Shown here one piece after another: positions 1 to 8,160 of a stretch of DNA of 32,000 nucleotides. The first letter of the stretch is position 1. Each line of letters begins with the position of its first letter. The DNA is from Sulfolobus acidocaldarius DSM 639 (GTDB taxonomy: Archaea > Thermoproteota > Thermoprotei_A > Sulfolobales > Sulfolobaceae). Position numbers and translations under genes: made by a program. Location: positions 630,001 through 662,000 of the forward strand of contig NC_007181.1 in assembly GCF_000012285.1 (NCBI RefSeq), given 5' to 3'. Under the pieces are notes generated by a model that worked only from the letters and a program-made list of their open reading frames with translations, ran no database searches and had not been told where the DNA came from.

Positions 1-55
1 CTACAGTAAAATTCTTACCTATCAAAATTGCTCCATTCTTCAGTATATCATACAT
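1..55 (-). CDS. 5' end of an unidentified gene that runs off the left edge (MYDILKNGAILIGKNFTV...)
   Basis: An ATG at 55..53 on the minus strand opens a frame that is still open at position 1. Only 18 codons are visible. An A/T-rich TATA-like stretch lies 20-30 nt upstream. It is too short to appear in the ORF track. Confidence 0.25.
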   Translation of the reverse strand, partial: MYDILKNGAILIGKNFTV

Positions 56-108
56 TTACTCTATGTCGTCCTAAAAGTTTATGAAGTTTTATCATATAAT
101 ATTAGCTT

Positions 109-1905
109 CTATGTCTCTGTTATGTCCTCAACTTTCTTTTTCAGTCTACTCTGATACATCTCTAATATCTCATTTGGTGTTGTGGCTTCTTCAACGCTTT
201 TGTCATCCCTCCATCTTATGAAGCGTGGAAATCTTATGGATAAACCAGCTTCTTCTGAGACAACACCCTTGCAACAAGTATGTAATGGAGATAAGGTTAT
301 TTCAGCACCAATGATTTCAGCTACATATTTCGGTTTTACCCATATATCTGGTTGTATTTCAGATTCCACTCTAGGATCTTTTTTATCTAATTTAGCTTCA
401 GATAACATCTTTTGTACTTCCTCTAATTCAGCATCACTGAAGCCTGATGCCACTTTACACACAGTATAGAAAGTATCTTTATCAGGATCATATGCTGCCA
501 TTAATAAGGAACTGAGTTTACCTCCCCTTTTACCCCTGCCATAGAAAGCTCCCACAATAACCAGATCAACGCTATCAGCCATTTCGCTTTGATAGTCTTT
601 CTTTAATTTTATCCACAAAAATCCCCTAGCTCCTGCTTGATATATTGAGTCTTTACCTATAGATTTTACTATAACACCTTCTGTGCCATCACTAATTGCC
701 TGATGGAAATACTCTACCAACTCATTAACTTTATCAATATATTTGTGATCTGCAACCTTAACTATATCGTTCTGTGTCACAATTTCCTCTAATTTTTCTC
801 TTCTGTCTGGTAAGGGTTTTTGTGTATAATCTTCACCGTCATTATACATGAGATCAAATAGATATACATTGACCGGGTACTCCTTTATAGCCTCGCCTAT
901 ATCATTCTTTCTTTTCCTATGCATTAGGTTCTGGAAGGGAAGGATCTCTCCGCTTTCTTTATCTATCGCAACTATTTCTCCTTCAAGAATAACTTCATTA
1001 CTTTTGATAGAGTTTTTTATGTACTCAACAACGTCTGGGTACTGTCTGGTTATATTCTCTAGTCGTCTAGAGAAGATATAAACTTTCTCACCTTTTTTGT
1101 GGATTTGAGCTCTCTCTCCATCATACTTATAGTCTACTATTCCTTTACCGCCAACTTTGGCTAATATTTCTGATGGGTCTGTCAATCTTTCAGCAAGCAT
1201 TGGTCTAATCGGTATCCCAACCTCTGGTTTAATCGACTTTATAGTCTCTATGCCATTTTCTGCTAAAAGTTTAGCTATATTTCCGAGATCAGCTCTCAAA
1301 TTATATGCACGTTCTATCAACGGCCGTGCAGCAGTTCCACCACCAAATACATTTGCTAACGCGTCCATGATTGTGGCATCACCTATGCCAACTCTCAATC
1401 TACCATCAATGAATCTAATTATGTATTTAGCCTCCAATGGATCAGCTTTTTTGAGGAGCCCTGCTAGGGAACGTATTTTCATATCTCTGCTTCCTTCTCC
1501 CTCAGACAATGCTATCTTACTCAGTGATTCATAAACCTCTTCTACAGTTAGCTTAGTTACCTTAGTGGAACCTAAATACGATAGGACATTTTGTGATGAA
1601 TTAGTTCTCTTAAGTTTGTAAGCTACCTCTCCTAGGTCACCCAGAATTCGTAATTGCTTTTCAATTTCATCTTCTTTTATGTTAGTTGAAACTGAGAGTG
1701 CTTTAATCATAAGTTTTTCTCCAAGACCGATTTCAGGCTTCTCAAAGAAGTCCGGCCACAATTTACCTTGAGTAATATATATAACTTTATCTATTACATC
1801 CTTATCTGATTTCTTTAACAAATCCGTTAAGAGAGCTGTGAGCTGAATTCTTGATGAAATTTTTTCCAATCTGTCAAAATATTCAGCAATTAATTTAAAC
1901 TCCAC
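109..1905 (-). CDS. lig: ATP-dependent DNA ligase
   Basis: 598-aa ORF with adenylation motif I KYDGERAQ (active-site Lys). Further ligase motifs are [23 protein letters not shown] and LWIKLKKDY. The full-length architecture matches archaeal/eukaryotic Lig1-type ligases. The start codon is GTG at 1905..1903. Confidence 0.95.
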   Translation of the reverse strand: MEFKLIAEYFDRLEKISSRIQLTALLTDLLKKSDKDVIDKVIYITQGKLWPDFFEKPEIGLGEKLMIKALSVSTNIKEDEIEKQLRILGDLGEVAYKLKRTNSSQNVLSYLGSTKVTKLTVEEVYESLSKIALSEGEGSRDMKIRSLAGLLKKADPLEAKYIIRFIDGRLRVGIGDATIMDALANVFGGGTAARPLIERAYNLRADLGNIAKLLAENGIETIKSIKPEVGIPIRPMLAERLTDPSEILAKVGGKGIVDYKYDGERAQIHKKGEKVYIFSRRLENITRQYPDVVEYIKNSIKSNEVILEGEIVAIDKESGEILPFQNLMHRKRKNDIGEAIKEYPVNVYLFDLMYNDGEDYTQKPLPDRREKLEEIVTQNDIVKVADHKYIDKVNELVEYFHQAISDGTEGVIVKSIGKDSIYQAGARGFLWIKLKKDYQSEMADSVDLVIVGAFYGRGKRGGKLSSLLMAAYDPDKDTFYTVCKVASGFSDAELEEVQKMLSEAKLDKKDPRVESEIQPDIWVKPKYVAEIIGAEITLSPLHTCCKGVVSEEAGLSIRFPRFIRWRDDKSVEEATTPNEILEMYQSRLKKKVEDITET

Positions 1906-1935
1906 ATAAATTATTTACCCTGAACATAAATAAAA

Positions 1936-1982
1936 ATGATGACATAAAATAGCTGATCAGTGAAGACTCAGAGTTACTCTGA
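1936..1982 (+). ncRNA. Candidate C/D box sRNA (2'-O-methylation guide)
   Basis: The intergenic region between divergent lig and dcd carries the box pattern. C box AUGAUGA is at 1936-1942, followed by a 10-nt spacer. D' box CUGA is at 1953-1956, followed by 3 nt. C' box GUGAAGA is at 1960-1966, followed by a 12-nt spacer CUCAGAGUUACU. D box CUGA is at 1979-1982. An A/T-rich TATA-like ATAAATTATTT at 1907-1918 lies about 20 nt upstream. Confidence 0.5.
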
Positions 1983-2051
1983 TATACTTGTTTTGCGTAA
2001 TACTGATTAGTAACATTTAATAATGCAACAACGAATAAGAGGTATTTCAAT

Positions 2052-2570
2052 ATGATTCTTGGTGACAGAGATTTAAAATATTATCTAGAAAAGGGTTGGA
2101 TTAAGGTTGAGCCTATTTATGGTGACTCTGTGAGGGAGAATGGTATAGACCTCAGGGTTGGTAATGAGATTGCTAGGTTTAAGAAGACAGATAAGGTCTT
2201 TGACCCAGACAACCCAGACTACTCATTCTTTGACGTTCAAAGAGGAGAGGAATTCATCATAAGTCCACATGAACATGTACTACTGGTTACAGAAGAGTAT
2301 ATGAAATTACCAAATGATGTTATGGCATTTGTGAACCTACGCTCAACCTTCGCTAGACTTGGGCTGTTTATCCCACCGACAATTGTTGACGCAGGATTTG
2401 AAGGTCAGCTAACAATAGAGGTGGTCGGTTCATCATTTCCTGTGAAGATAAGGAGAGGTACCCGTTTCCTCCACTTAATCTTTGCCAGGACATTAACGCC
2501 TGTAGAGAACCCCTATCAAGGTAAATATCAAGGACAGAAAGGTGTAACAATACCAAGGTTTAAGCTATAA
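2052..2570 (+). CDS. dcd: dCTP deaminase (dUTPase-fold family, possibly the bifunctional dCTP deaminase/dUTPase type)
   Basis: 172 aa with family motifs GIDLRVG and [12 protein letters not shown] (catalytic Glu region). The size is typical of archaeal Dcd. Confidence 0.88.
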
Positions 2571-3267
2571 GAATTTCCCATCCTTTTATTTCTGAATTAT
2601 AGATTGCCAATCCTTCTTCCACAAGTTTTCTAAATAATTTGGCTTCTCTTGTTTCTAGTTTGCTTGCGGTTTCCTCTTTATCAGATGAATGTATCTGTTT
2701 AATTTTGTTTTGAAATTCCTCAAAGAACTCTCTACTCAATGCAATTCTTTCCTTCTCTGTGTTTATTATCATTGCTCCCTCTCTTTCTAATTTATTAAAG
2801 AAGGCATCTGGATCTCTAAGCTTTACCTCAGATTCGAATATAACTCCTTGTTCAGTAAGTATTTCGATTGCAGTTTTTTTGGGAGATTGTTGCTGAATCT
2901 GTTTATCATCCTTTTTACTCTGTGGCTGTCTAGTTTCCAAAGGTTTATTGGTGGTTTGATCTTGTTTTTCCATCTTCTTGTCTTCTAGTTCTTCTATTCT
3001 TTCTGATAATTCAGCTATCTTCTTTTTGAGTTCTTCTAATTGAGCAGTGAATGGGTTAATAAAGTCAATAACTTTTTTCTCTAACTTTGGCATTAGTTGA
3101 TTTATTAGGTCACTCCCAGCCTCTGCTCTTGTAATTGTTCTCTGGCTTTCATTACTCAAAAGAATTGACCTTATATATTCAGAAACCAGAACATAACCTT
3201 CTTTCCTAGCCCTTTCCTCTAACTGCTTATATTCTTCTTCAGATAACTTTATATAAATGGTCTTCAT
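2560..3267 (-). CDS. Ribbon-helix-helix (CopG-like) domain protein with central coiled coil and a Q/K-rich linker; function unknown
   Basis: 235 aa. The N-terminus [37 protein letters not shown] has the strand-helix-helix pattern of RHH DNA binders. It is followed by the heptad-like [22 protein letters not shown], then the low-complexity [28 protein letters not shown], then a roughly 100-aa C-terminal domain. Confidence 0.55.
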
Positions 3268-3320
3268 TCACTAAATACTCTTCTCCTTTGTATTAAAAAA
3301 TTAGTTATAATTGAGACCTT

Positions 3321-4052
3321 TTATTGTTTCTCAGATTGTTTCTCAAGTATGGTATTTATGAAGTTCTCCTCATAAGGTACTCCTATAAACTCCACTGAAT
3401 CATTTATTGCGATTGTTGGTACGGACATAACTTGATATTTTTCAGCTATATCCTGGTTTTCATATGCCTCTACAACTTCCGATATCACATTGCATTTACC
3501 CACTTTACAGGCTTCAAAAGCAACCATATGCGCTAATAGTGCAGCGTAAGGACAATAAGGACAGGAGGGAGTAACAACTGTAGTTATCCTTGTAAAACCA
3601 TTTAGTTTCTCCTTTATTGCGTTCACAGTTTCCTTACTTAGACCACTTTCACCCTGAGAAAGCCTTACTATAGTTTCTATTAATGCTCTTATCTCCTCTC
3701 CTAGTGGTGCACCGGTCCATCTTAATTTACCTCCAAGAAAGGCTACTGTAGGAACCCTAGTAACCTCGAATTCTTCAAATGTCTTAGCTTGGTCAGGGTT
3801 AGCCCTATCCACAACCATGACTTGTAGTAAGGATTTTCCAGCATTATCTTTTGGGGACGCGTCCTTCACAAAGTTTAGAAATTTTTCTGTAACTTCACAG
3901 TAGTGGCAGTGCGGATCTTTTGAGTCAATAAATAGATGAACTTGAACTGTTGACTTCATATCCTTTAAGGCGTCAATTAGTGCTTGTCTTATTTCATCTG
4001 TAAATAATTCTGCAAATTCTCCTTCCATCGTGTTCACACTAAAGATAATCAT
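3321..4052 (-). CDS. Protein disulfide oxidoreductase (two thioredoxin-fold units, glutaredoxin-like PDO)
   Basis: 243 aa with two CXXC active sites (CHYC and CPYC) spaced about 110 residues apart. This matches the duplicated Trx-fold PDO family of thermophilic archaea. Confidence 0.8.
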   Translation of the reverse strand: MIIFSVNTMEGEFAELFTDEIRQALIDALKDMKSTVQVHLFIDSKDPHCHYCEVTEKFLNFVKDASPKDNAGKSLLQVMVVDRANPDQAKTFEEFEVTRVPTVAFLGGKLRWTGAPLGEEIRALIETIVRLSQGESGLSKETVNAIKEKLNGFTRITTVVTPSCPYCPYAALLAHMVAFEACKVGKCNVISEVVEAYENQDIAEKYQVMSVPTIAINDSVEFIGVPYEENFINTILEKQSEKQ

Positions 4053-4076
4053 TTATTTGGTTGAATAAAAATGTAT

Positions 4077-4769
4077 CTATTGTAAATTCGAATGCTGAGA
4101 CTTTTTACATTTAATGTCGCTGGGTCTAAGAACTATGATTTCATCAGTGTTTTTGTTAATCTCGCGGTATATTAATCCATTAAATTTCTTTATTTTCACC
4201 CTTTCATTTAACCAACAATCAGGTTTCAAGCCTGCTTTTATACATGTTTCAGCTAGAAATGTTTCAGAATCCCAACAATATTCTGAAGCAACTTGCGGTA
4301 ATAAAAGTCCACTGTACATTATTCCATATTCTACTATTAGCCCATCTTCTCCCACATTTATAAATGATGGCAATTTCCATCTATCCTTAACACTGATTTC
4401 CTCTGGTTTAGTCAGTATGGTAACTTCTATTAAGATGTCATTTAACTCACTTTTTGATAAAGGTGGAAATCTAGGATCAGAAAACGCTGCGGCTACTGCT
4501 GCCTTAGAAACTATTTCTTTTAGTGGAGCCACAGCCTCCACATATCCTATACAACCCCTTAATGATGTTCTCTCATCTTCGATTTTTTCTATAGTCACAA
4601 AAGCTAAACCTCTTTTATTCAAAACAGGATTTTTGTACTCATCTAAGTTTAAATTGACTAATTTAAATCTATTCTTTATAGAATCACGAGCAATTTTAAT
4701 AAGTTGTTTTCCAATATCCACGTTAAGGTCATTGATTGTTACTAGTTGTTCTAAACTCATATTTTTCAC
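4077..4769 (-). CDS. AMMECR1-domain protein
   Basis: 230 aa. The signature LRGCIGY and the downstream DPRFPP-type segment are typical of the AMMECR1 family. The start could instead be the second Met (MSLEQ...). Confidence 0.8.
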   Translation of the reverse strand: MKNMSLEQLVTINDLNVDIGKQLIKIARDSIKNRFKLVNLNLDEYKNPVLNKRGLAFVTIEKIEDERTSLRGCIGYVEAVAPLKEIVSKAAVAAAFSDPRFPPLSKSELNDILIEVTILTKPEEISVKDRWKLPSFINVGEDGLIVEYGIMYSGLLLPQVASEYCWDSETFLAETCIKAGLKPDCWLNERVKIKKFNGLIYREINKNTDEIIVLRPSDIKCKKSQHSNLQ

Positions 4770-5196
4770 TTATACTTTTAGCCTTAATAATTATATTTTG
4801 AATGCTCTTCCAATGCATCCCCTTCCAATACTCTTTTTTACATCTAGTACATTTCCATCTGTTCTCATCGACCTTCTTTAAGATACCATTGCATTTAGTA
4901 CATCTTGAATAATTCGGGTCTGCAGTTAAATCAATCTTGTATTTTATAGCAAGCATGGCTAGTATCTCTTCTATGTTCAATTCAGTATTTACGTAAAAAC
5001 ATTCTAGATCATTCTTTTTAGCTCTGTAACATAATCCTCTATCCATCGTTAGTATAATTCTACTATCATTTTTAGCTATCTTTATTATTTGCCAGTCTTC
5101 GAAGTCCTTACTATACAAAGTATCGTATCCCAATATTCTAAGCCATCTAGAAAGTTTACCTAGCATTGCATCTGCAATAAACTTTTGCCCCTGCAC
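4729..5196 (-). CDS. Mut7-C / DUF82 PIN-like RNase domain protein with C-terminal zinc ribbon
   Basis: 155 aa. The N-terminus [21 protein letters not shown] is typical of Mut7-C. The C-terminal Cys pairs CTKCNG ... [14 protein letters not shown] form the family zinc ribbon. The GTG start overlaps the upstream stop by 1 nt, and the 3' end overlaps the AMMECR1 ORF by 41 nt. Confidence 0.75.
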   Translation of the reverse strand: MQGQKFIADAMLGKLSRWLRILGYDTLYSKDFEDWQIIKIAKNDSRIILTMDRGLCYRAKKNDLECFYVNTELNIEEILAMLAIKYKIDLTADPNYSRCTKCNGILKKVDENRWKCTRCKKEYWKGMHWKSIQNIIIKAKSISEKYEFRTTSNNQ

Positions 5197-5447
5197 TATA
5201 CGTTATATAATGCCAGAAATATTAAAAGCCATGCAGAAAACAGTATCGCAACTCCTCTTCCAAAAAGATCCCATTTACTTTTACTTACATTTCGAAAAAG
5301 GATGTTGACGATAAGAATAGATAATAAGTATGAGGCTATGGGAGTAATTAGTGAAGCCAATATGTTTTGTATTAAGAAAAACGATATTATACCTGCGCAA
5401 ATACCTATTATGCCTCTAACAATTACTATTTTATCTTCTTTCTCCAC
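5196..5447 (-). CDS. Small integral membrane protein (about 3 TM helices), unknown function
   Basis: 83 aa with three hydrophobic stretches. It lies on the same strand as the downstream operon and abuts it. The antisense 91-aa ORF (5185..5460 +) has no protein-like features. Confidence 0.5.
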   Translation of the reverse strand: MEKEDKIVIVRGIIGICAGIISFFLIQNILASLITPIASYLLSILIVNILFRNVSKSKWDLFGRGVAILFSAWLLIFLALYNV

Positions 5448-5479
5448 GACTAATAATTAGAGTAATAAGGGGTAAAAAA

Positions 5480-7264
5480 GTGAACAAAAAAAATTCAATG
5501 TCTTATATAGATCTTTTAGCGTGGATAACAGAAAATAAAAGTATAATAGAAGGTAGCAGGATAGATAATGTATATAAGATTAGTGGAATACAAGCCTATT
5601 TATTTAAATTACACTCTAAGAATACGGATAAATTTCTAGTGGTGGAGCCAGGCAAGAGAATTCATTTTACCAAATACGACAGAGAAAAGTCAAGTGAAGG
5701 AGAAGTAAGATTAATTAGAGAATTAGTAAAAGAAAAAATAATAAAATCTATCAATATATTGGGCAATGAAAGGATTGCTAAAATTGATCTTATTGACAGG
5801 AAGATATACATAGAATTACTACCGAGAGGGCTTCTGGTTATAACAGATGGGAATAATAAAGTCCTCTTTTCCACTGAATATAAGGAATTTAGAGATAGAA
5901 TTATAAGATTAGGAATCGAATATTTACCTCCACCACAACCAGCCCCTTTAACAAGCGACGAAATAGAGAAATTAATTAATAAGGGTAATTTAACCAGAAT
6001 ATTAGGTGTTCCCCAGGAAATTTTAGAAGCTTTAAATATAAAAATCAACAGTTTAGAAGAGTTAGATGGGGTAAAAAATAGGATAAATGATCTTCTAAAC
6101 ACCATACGAGGAGGAAAATTCTTCAATTGTCTTATTAGAAACGTAACAGTACTACCAATTAAAACAGATGAATGTGTAGAGTACAACTCATATAATGACG
6201 CATTAGACGATTATTTCACACAACTGGAAAAGGATATCGTAAAAACAGAGGTAGACAAGAATTTAGAGAAGGAGAAGGGCAACCTAGAAAAAACTATAGA
6301 GGAATTGAAGAGTCAAATAGAGGAGTATGCCAAAAAAGAGTCTGAGATGAGACAAATTGCAGAAACAATTATCACTAATTATGAATTGATAGAGAACGCT
6401 ATTAAAAATAGTAATAAGAAAAATAGTGTAACCTTAAAAATAAACAATATCTCGATAGACATAGATCCTAAATTAACGGTTTATAAGAATGCCTCTAAAT
6501 ATTATGATCTAGCTAAGGAATATTCTGAAAAGGCAAAGAAAGCTGGAGAAGTCCTAGAAGAATTAAGGAAAAAACTTTCAGAATTACAATTTAAGATAGA
6601 CGAAAGGAAAGAAGAGATAAGGATATCGCTTAGGAAAAAGGAGTGGTATGAAAAATATCATTGGGGTATAACAAGAAACGGTCATATTGTTATTGCAGGA
6701 AGAGACTCAGATCAGAACGAGAGCATAGTTAGAAAACTACTTGATGAAAAGGATATTTTTCTTCATGCCGATATTCAAGGTGCAGCTGCTACAGTATTAA
6801 AAGCAAATTCAGGACAAGTATCTGAAGACGATATATTAGATGCTGCATATATAGCTGCGTGTTATTCTAAAGCTTGGAAGACAGGTTTAGGTAGCGTAGA
6901 TGTTTTCTGGGTTTATGGTAATCAAGTTAGTAAGTCTCCCCCTAGTGGTGAATATTTGGCTAAAGGCTCTTTTATGATCTATGGAAGAAAGAATTTCATA
7001 AAAAATGTGAAACTTGAATTGGCAATCGGTATAATGAACCAGAACGACGAAGTAGGTCTCCTTTATGGCAGTGTGTACAGTGTAGAAACAAGGACTAAAA
7101 ACTATGTTGTAGTAGGACCTGGAGACGAGGATTTAGAAGAGATATCTGAAAAGATATTGAGGTATCTATCGCAATCGAGTGGAGTTAAGGGGCTTAGAAT
7201 TTTAAAAGAAGAAATTATAAGGCAATTGCCTGGAAAATCTAGGCTAATTTCAAGAAAGACATAA
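5480..7264 (+). CDS. NFACT-family protein (FbpA/Rqc2/RqcH homologue; NFACT-N, coiled coil, NFACT-R/DUF814)
   Basis: 594 aa. The N-terminal NFACT-N-like region is followed by a long K/E-rich coiled coil (residues about 240-385). Then comes the DUF814-type segment GRDSDQNESIVRKLLDEKDIFLHADIQGAAATVLK. The track start is GTG 5480, and an ATG at 5498 is an alternative. Confidence 0.8.
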   Translation: MNKKNSMSYIDLLAWITENKSIIEGSRIDNVYKISGIQAYLFKLHSKNTDKFLVVEPGKRIHFTKYDREKSSEGEVRLIRELVKEKIIKSINILGNERIAKIDLIDRKIYIELLPRGLLVITDGNNKVLFSTEYKEFRDRIIRLGIEYLPPPQPAPLTSDEIEKLINKGNLTRILGVPQEILEALNIKINSLEELDGVKNRINDLLNTIRGGKFFNCLIRNVTVLPIKTDECVEYNSYNDALDDYFTQLEKDIVKTEVDKNLEKEKGNLEKTIEELKSQIEEYAKKESEMRQIAETIITNYELIENAIKNSNKKNSVTLKINNISIDIDPKLTVYKNASKYYDLAKEYSEKAKKAGEVLEELRKKLSELQFKIDERKEEIRISLRKKEWYEKYHWGITRNGHIVIAGRDSDQNESIVRKLLDEKDIFLHADIQGAAATVLKANSGQVSEDDILDAAYIAACYSKAWKTGLGSVDVFWVYGNQVSKSPPSGEYLAKGSFMIYGRKNFIKNVKLELAIGIMNQNDEVGLLYGSVYSVETRTKNYVVVGPGDEDLEEISEKILRYLSQSSGVKGLRILKEEIIRQLPGKSRLISRKT

Positions 7265-7297
7265 AGCTATTCGATTTGATAAAAATATAGTTAAGAA

Positions 7298-8158
7298 ATG
7301 CCTAATCTCACTTTAGCGGAAAGAGTATCATTAATAGGACCTATGGATTATAGGCTTCTCAAGTTTCTATATGAGAAAACTGCAACTCATGACTGGATAA
7401 AATTAAGTCAAATCTCAGATGAGTTGGGGATAAGTAAGAGGGAAATTTTGTCTTCCTTATCTAAACTATATGATTTAAGGCTCGTATCAAAAGAGTTGGT
7501 TCTAGGTGAAAACGCATATAGAATAACATTCACAGGTCTTAATGTAATTTCGACCAAGAATTTGTACGTAAATAAAATTCTAAATAAGTTAGGAATTATG
7601 ATAGGAACAGGGAAGGAAAGCGAAGTTTATATTGGCTATAATTTTGACGGGGATCCTATAATAGTCAAGTATCATAAACTTGGAAAAAGTTATAGAAATT
7701 ATAAAAAATATAGAGAAGATACCGATTCTAGTTGGATAAGAAGGACTGTACATAACGCAGAAAAAGAATATAACGCTTTGAAGTGTGTTAAAAGTAATTA
7801 TGGGCAAGTGCCCTCTCCCTTGGGATCTTCACTCAATGCCATAGCTATGGAATATATTTATGGAAAAGAGTTGTACAAAATCGAGATTTCGGATCCAGAG
7901 AGCGCTTTAAACGACATTCTGTCCACTGTGAGGATAGCGTATAAGGAGTGTAACATTATACATGGAGATTTAAGTGAATATAACATTTTATATTCTCTAG
8001 ATAGCGATAGATCTTACGTTATCGATTGGCCTCAAAGTACAAATATACAGAACGAGGAGATCTTACTTAGGGATATAACCAATATCCTTTATTATTTCTC
8101 AAAGAAATATAATATAATAAAGGGAGTACAAGAAACCTTAAACTATGTTAAGGGGTAG
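7298..8158 (+). CDS. rio2: RIO-type serine protein kinase Rio2 (N-terminal winged helix plus RIO domain)
   Basis: 286 aa. An N-terminal wHTH-like region is followed by the RIO motifs GTGKESEVY (P-loop-like), IIHGDLSEYNIL (catalytic loop) and VIDWPQS (metal-binding loop). Confidence 0.88.
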   Translation: MPNLTLAERVSLIGPMDYRLLKFLYEKTATHDWIKLSQISDELGISKREILSSLSKLYDLRLVSKELVLGENAYRITFTGLNVISTKNLYVNKILNKLGIMIGTGKESEVYIGYNFDGDPIIVKYHKLGKSYRNYKKYREDTDSSWIRRTVHNAEKEYNALKCVKSNYGQVPSPLGSSLNAIAMEYIYGKELYKIEISDPESALNDILSTVRIAYKECNIIHGDLSEYNILYSLDSDRSYVIDWPQSTNIQNEEILLRDITNILYYFSKKYNIIKGVQETLNYVKG

Positions 8159-8160
8159 TT

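Noticed and set aside
182-1534. Plus-strand ORFs 182..469, 848..1081 and 1157..1534 inside the ligase locus
   Set aside because: They lie entirely antisense to a full-length, motif-complete DNA ligase gene. Their translations are Ser/Leu/Ile-rich with no recognisable motifs, which is typical of shadow ORFs in AT-rich DNA.
2431-2437. Perfect C box (AUGAUGA) on the minus strand inside dcd, and other UGAUGA hits (for example near 13555, 15461, 22291, 26088 and 30570)
   Set aside because: None is followed by CUGA boxes at the required spacing of about 12 nt or by a C'/D pair, and all lie inside coding sequence.
4114-4881. 255-aa plus-strand ORF opposite AMMECR1 and Mut7-C
   Set aside because: It is antisense to two genes with clear family signatures. 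The sequence is low-complexity (S/F/L/I-rich) and has no motif.
5185-5460. 91-aa plus-strand ORF overlapping the 83-aa minus-strand membrane protein
   Set aside because: The two are mutually exclusive. The minus-strand product has three clean TM helices and sits in operon register with the downstream genes. The plus-strand product has no protein-like pattern.
5662-6186. 174-aa minus-strand ORF inside the NFACT gene, plus similar antisense ORFs at 2368..2556, 7589..7807, 10153..10986, 11248..11505, 12306..12530, 15487..15696, 16002..16535, 16806..17069, 19256..19601 and 22768..23010
   Set aside because: All are embedded antisense in longer ORFs that carry diagnostic motifs, and none has a recognisable motif of its own.
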